Source: Octopus sinensis
Taxonomy: Eukaryota
DNA: 64,000 nt
Assembly (NCBI RefSeq): GCF_006345805.1
Contig: NC_043006.1
Span: forward strand, 18,848,001-18,912,000
Direction of reading: 5' to 3'
Both the position numbers and the translations under genes were made by a program. The notes below the pieces were generated by a model, which saw only the letters and a list, made by a program, of their open reading frames with translations, did no database searches and was not told where the DNA came from. This document shows, in pieces, positions 63,400-64,000 of the stretch. Each line of letters begins with the position of its first letter. Position 1 is the first letter of the stretch.

Positions 63400-64000
63400 G
63401 CTTTTCTCTACTTTTCTACTTGACGACCCCTGTCTAAGCTTTTGCTTTTCTCTTTCACGATCTCTTGTGATGAGAGTTACGACGCCTGCTTACTGGTACG
63501 AATAGTAATGATCCGAGTGAATTCAAGGTTCAGAGTTCGGAGTTGAGAGTAGTTCGTGTTAGTTCGAAGTGAAGTCGGAAGGTGCCGGCTGGTTAGTTCA
63601 CAAGGAATATTGAATATTGTTGGTTCCTAAAGAGATGTGTTAGTTCGTTACATTGTTTTACTGTTGTCTGATTATCTTATTTCGAAGTTAGCGTTGGTTA
63701 TTTAACAATTTGTTCGTGATGCTTGTTGAATAATGGACACCTATTAGCTCTCATAGTACAGTTGCAAAAGCAACAACAAAACCAGCAACAGGAGTTGCAG
63801 AAGCAACTATTACAGCAACAACTACAGCAGCAACAATTATTGCAGCTATATTCAAAGAAGTCCTAAAATGAGTTAAGTTCGTTTTCGCCAGACGGCGTTT
63901 CCAATTCGATTAATGAATTCAGTTATAACCCACAGGAGAGTCTAACTTTTTGCATCGTGCTACAGAATGTATCGAAGTCAGATTGTTATTGCGAAAATTA
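63400..64000 (+). mobile_element. 5' part of a Gypsy-like LTR retrotransposon (probable LTR end/leader plus decayed gag start at 63733)
   Basis: LLALIVQLQKQQQ..ELQKQLLQQQ..SFSPDGVSNSINEFSYNPQESLTF resembles Q-rich invertebrate Gypsy gag N-termini; frameshifts and a stop; runs off the window. Confidence 0.6.

Overview
AT-rich, repeat-saturated, almost certainly non-coding (intronic or intergenic) animal DNA. The SINE repertoire and the long (TA)n, (TAA)n and (TACA)n microsatellites suggest an octopod cephalopod; this is inference from recognised repeat types, not a database result. I find no intact host protein-coding gene, tRNA or rRNA gene, and most entries in the ORF track are microsatellite or SINE artefacts. 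Contents: about 14 copies of one tRNA-derived SINE (called A here), several copies of three other tRNA-SINE groups (B, C, D), and two copies of a roughly 550-bp element sitting in (TAA)n repeats (E). Also present are a disrupted 3.2-kb R4/Dong-clade LINE (RT, CCHC, restriction-like endonuclease) plus several more same-strand R4-type 3' ends, mostly adjoining (TAA)n repeats; Penelope-like (PLE) remnants with GIY-YIG coding traces, fold-back ends and minimal hammerhead-ribozyme motifs; two Ty3/Gypsy remnants and a solo LTR; two CR1/L2/Jockey-like fragments; two mariner remnants; Helitron/Helentron-type non-autonomous elements; and a Merlin-like MITE. The best leads are (1) short inserts embedded in (TA)n that carry minimal hammerheads, some with variant cores, and (2) a (TAA)n-targeted retroelement cluster at about 36-43 kb that includes a possibly 5S-derived SINE. 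Coordinates were counted by hand; boundaries of degenerate elements are approximate.
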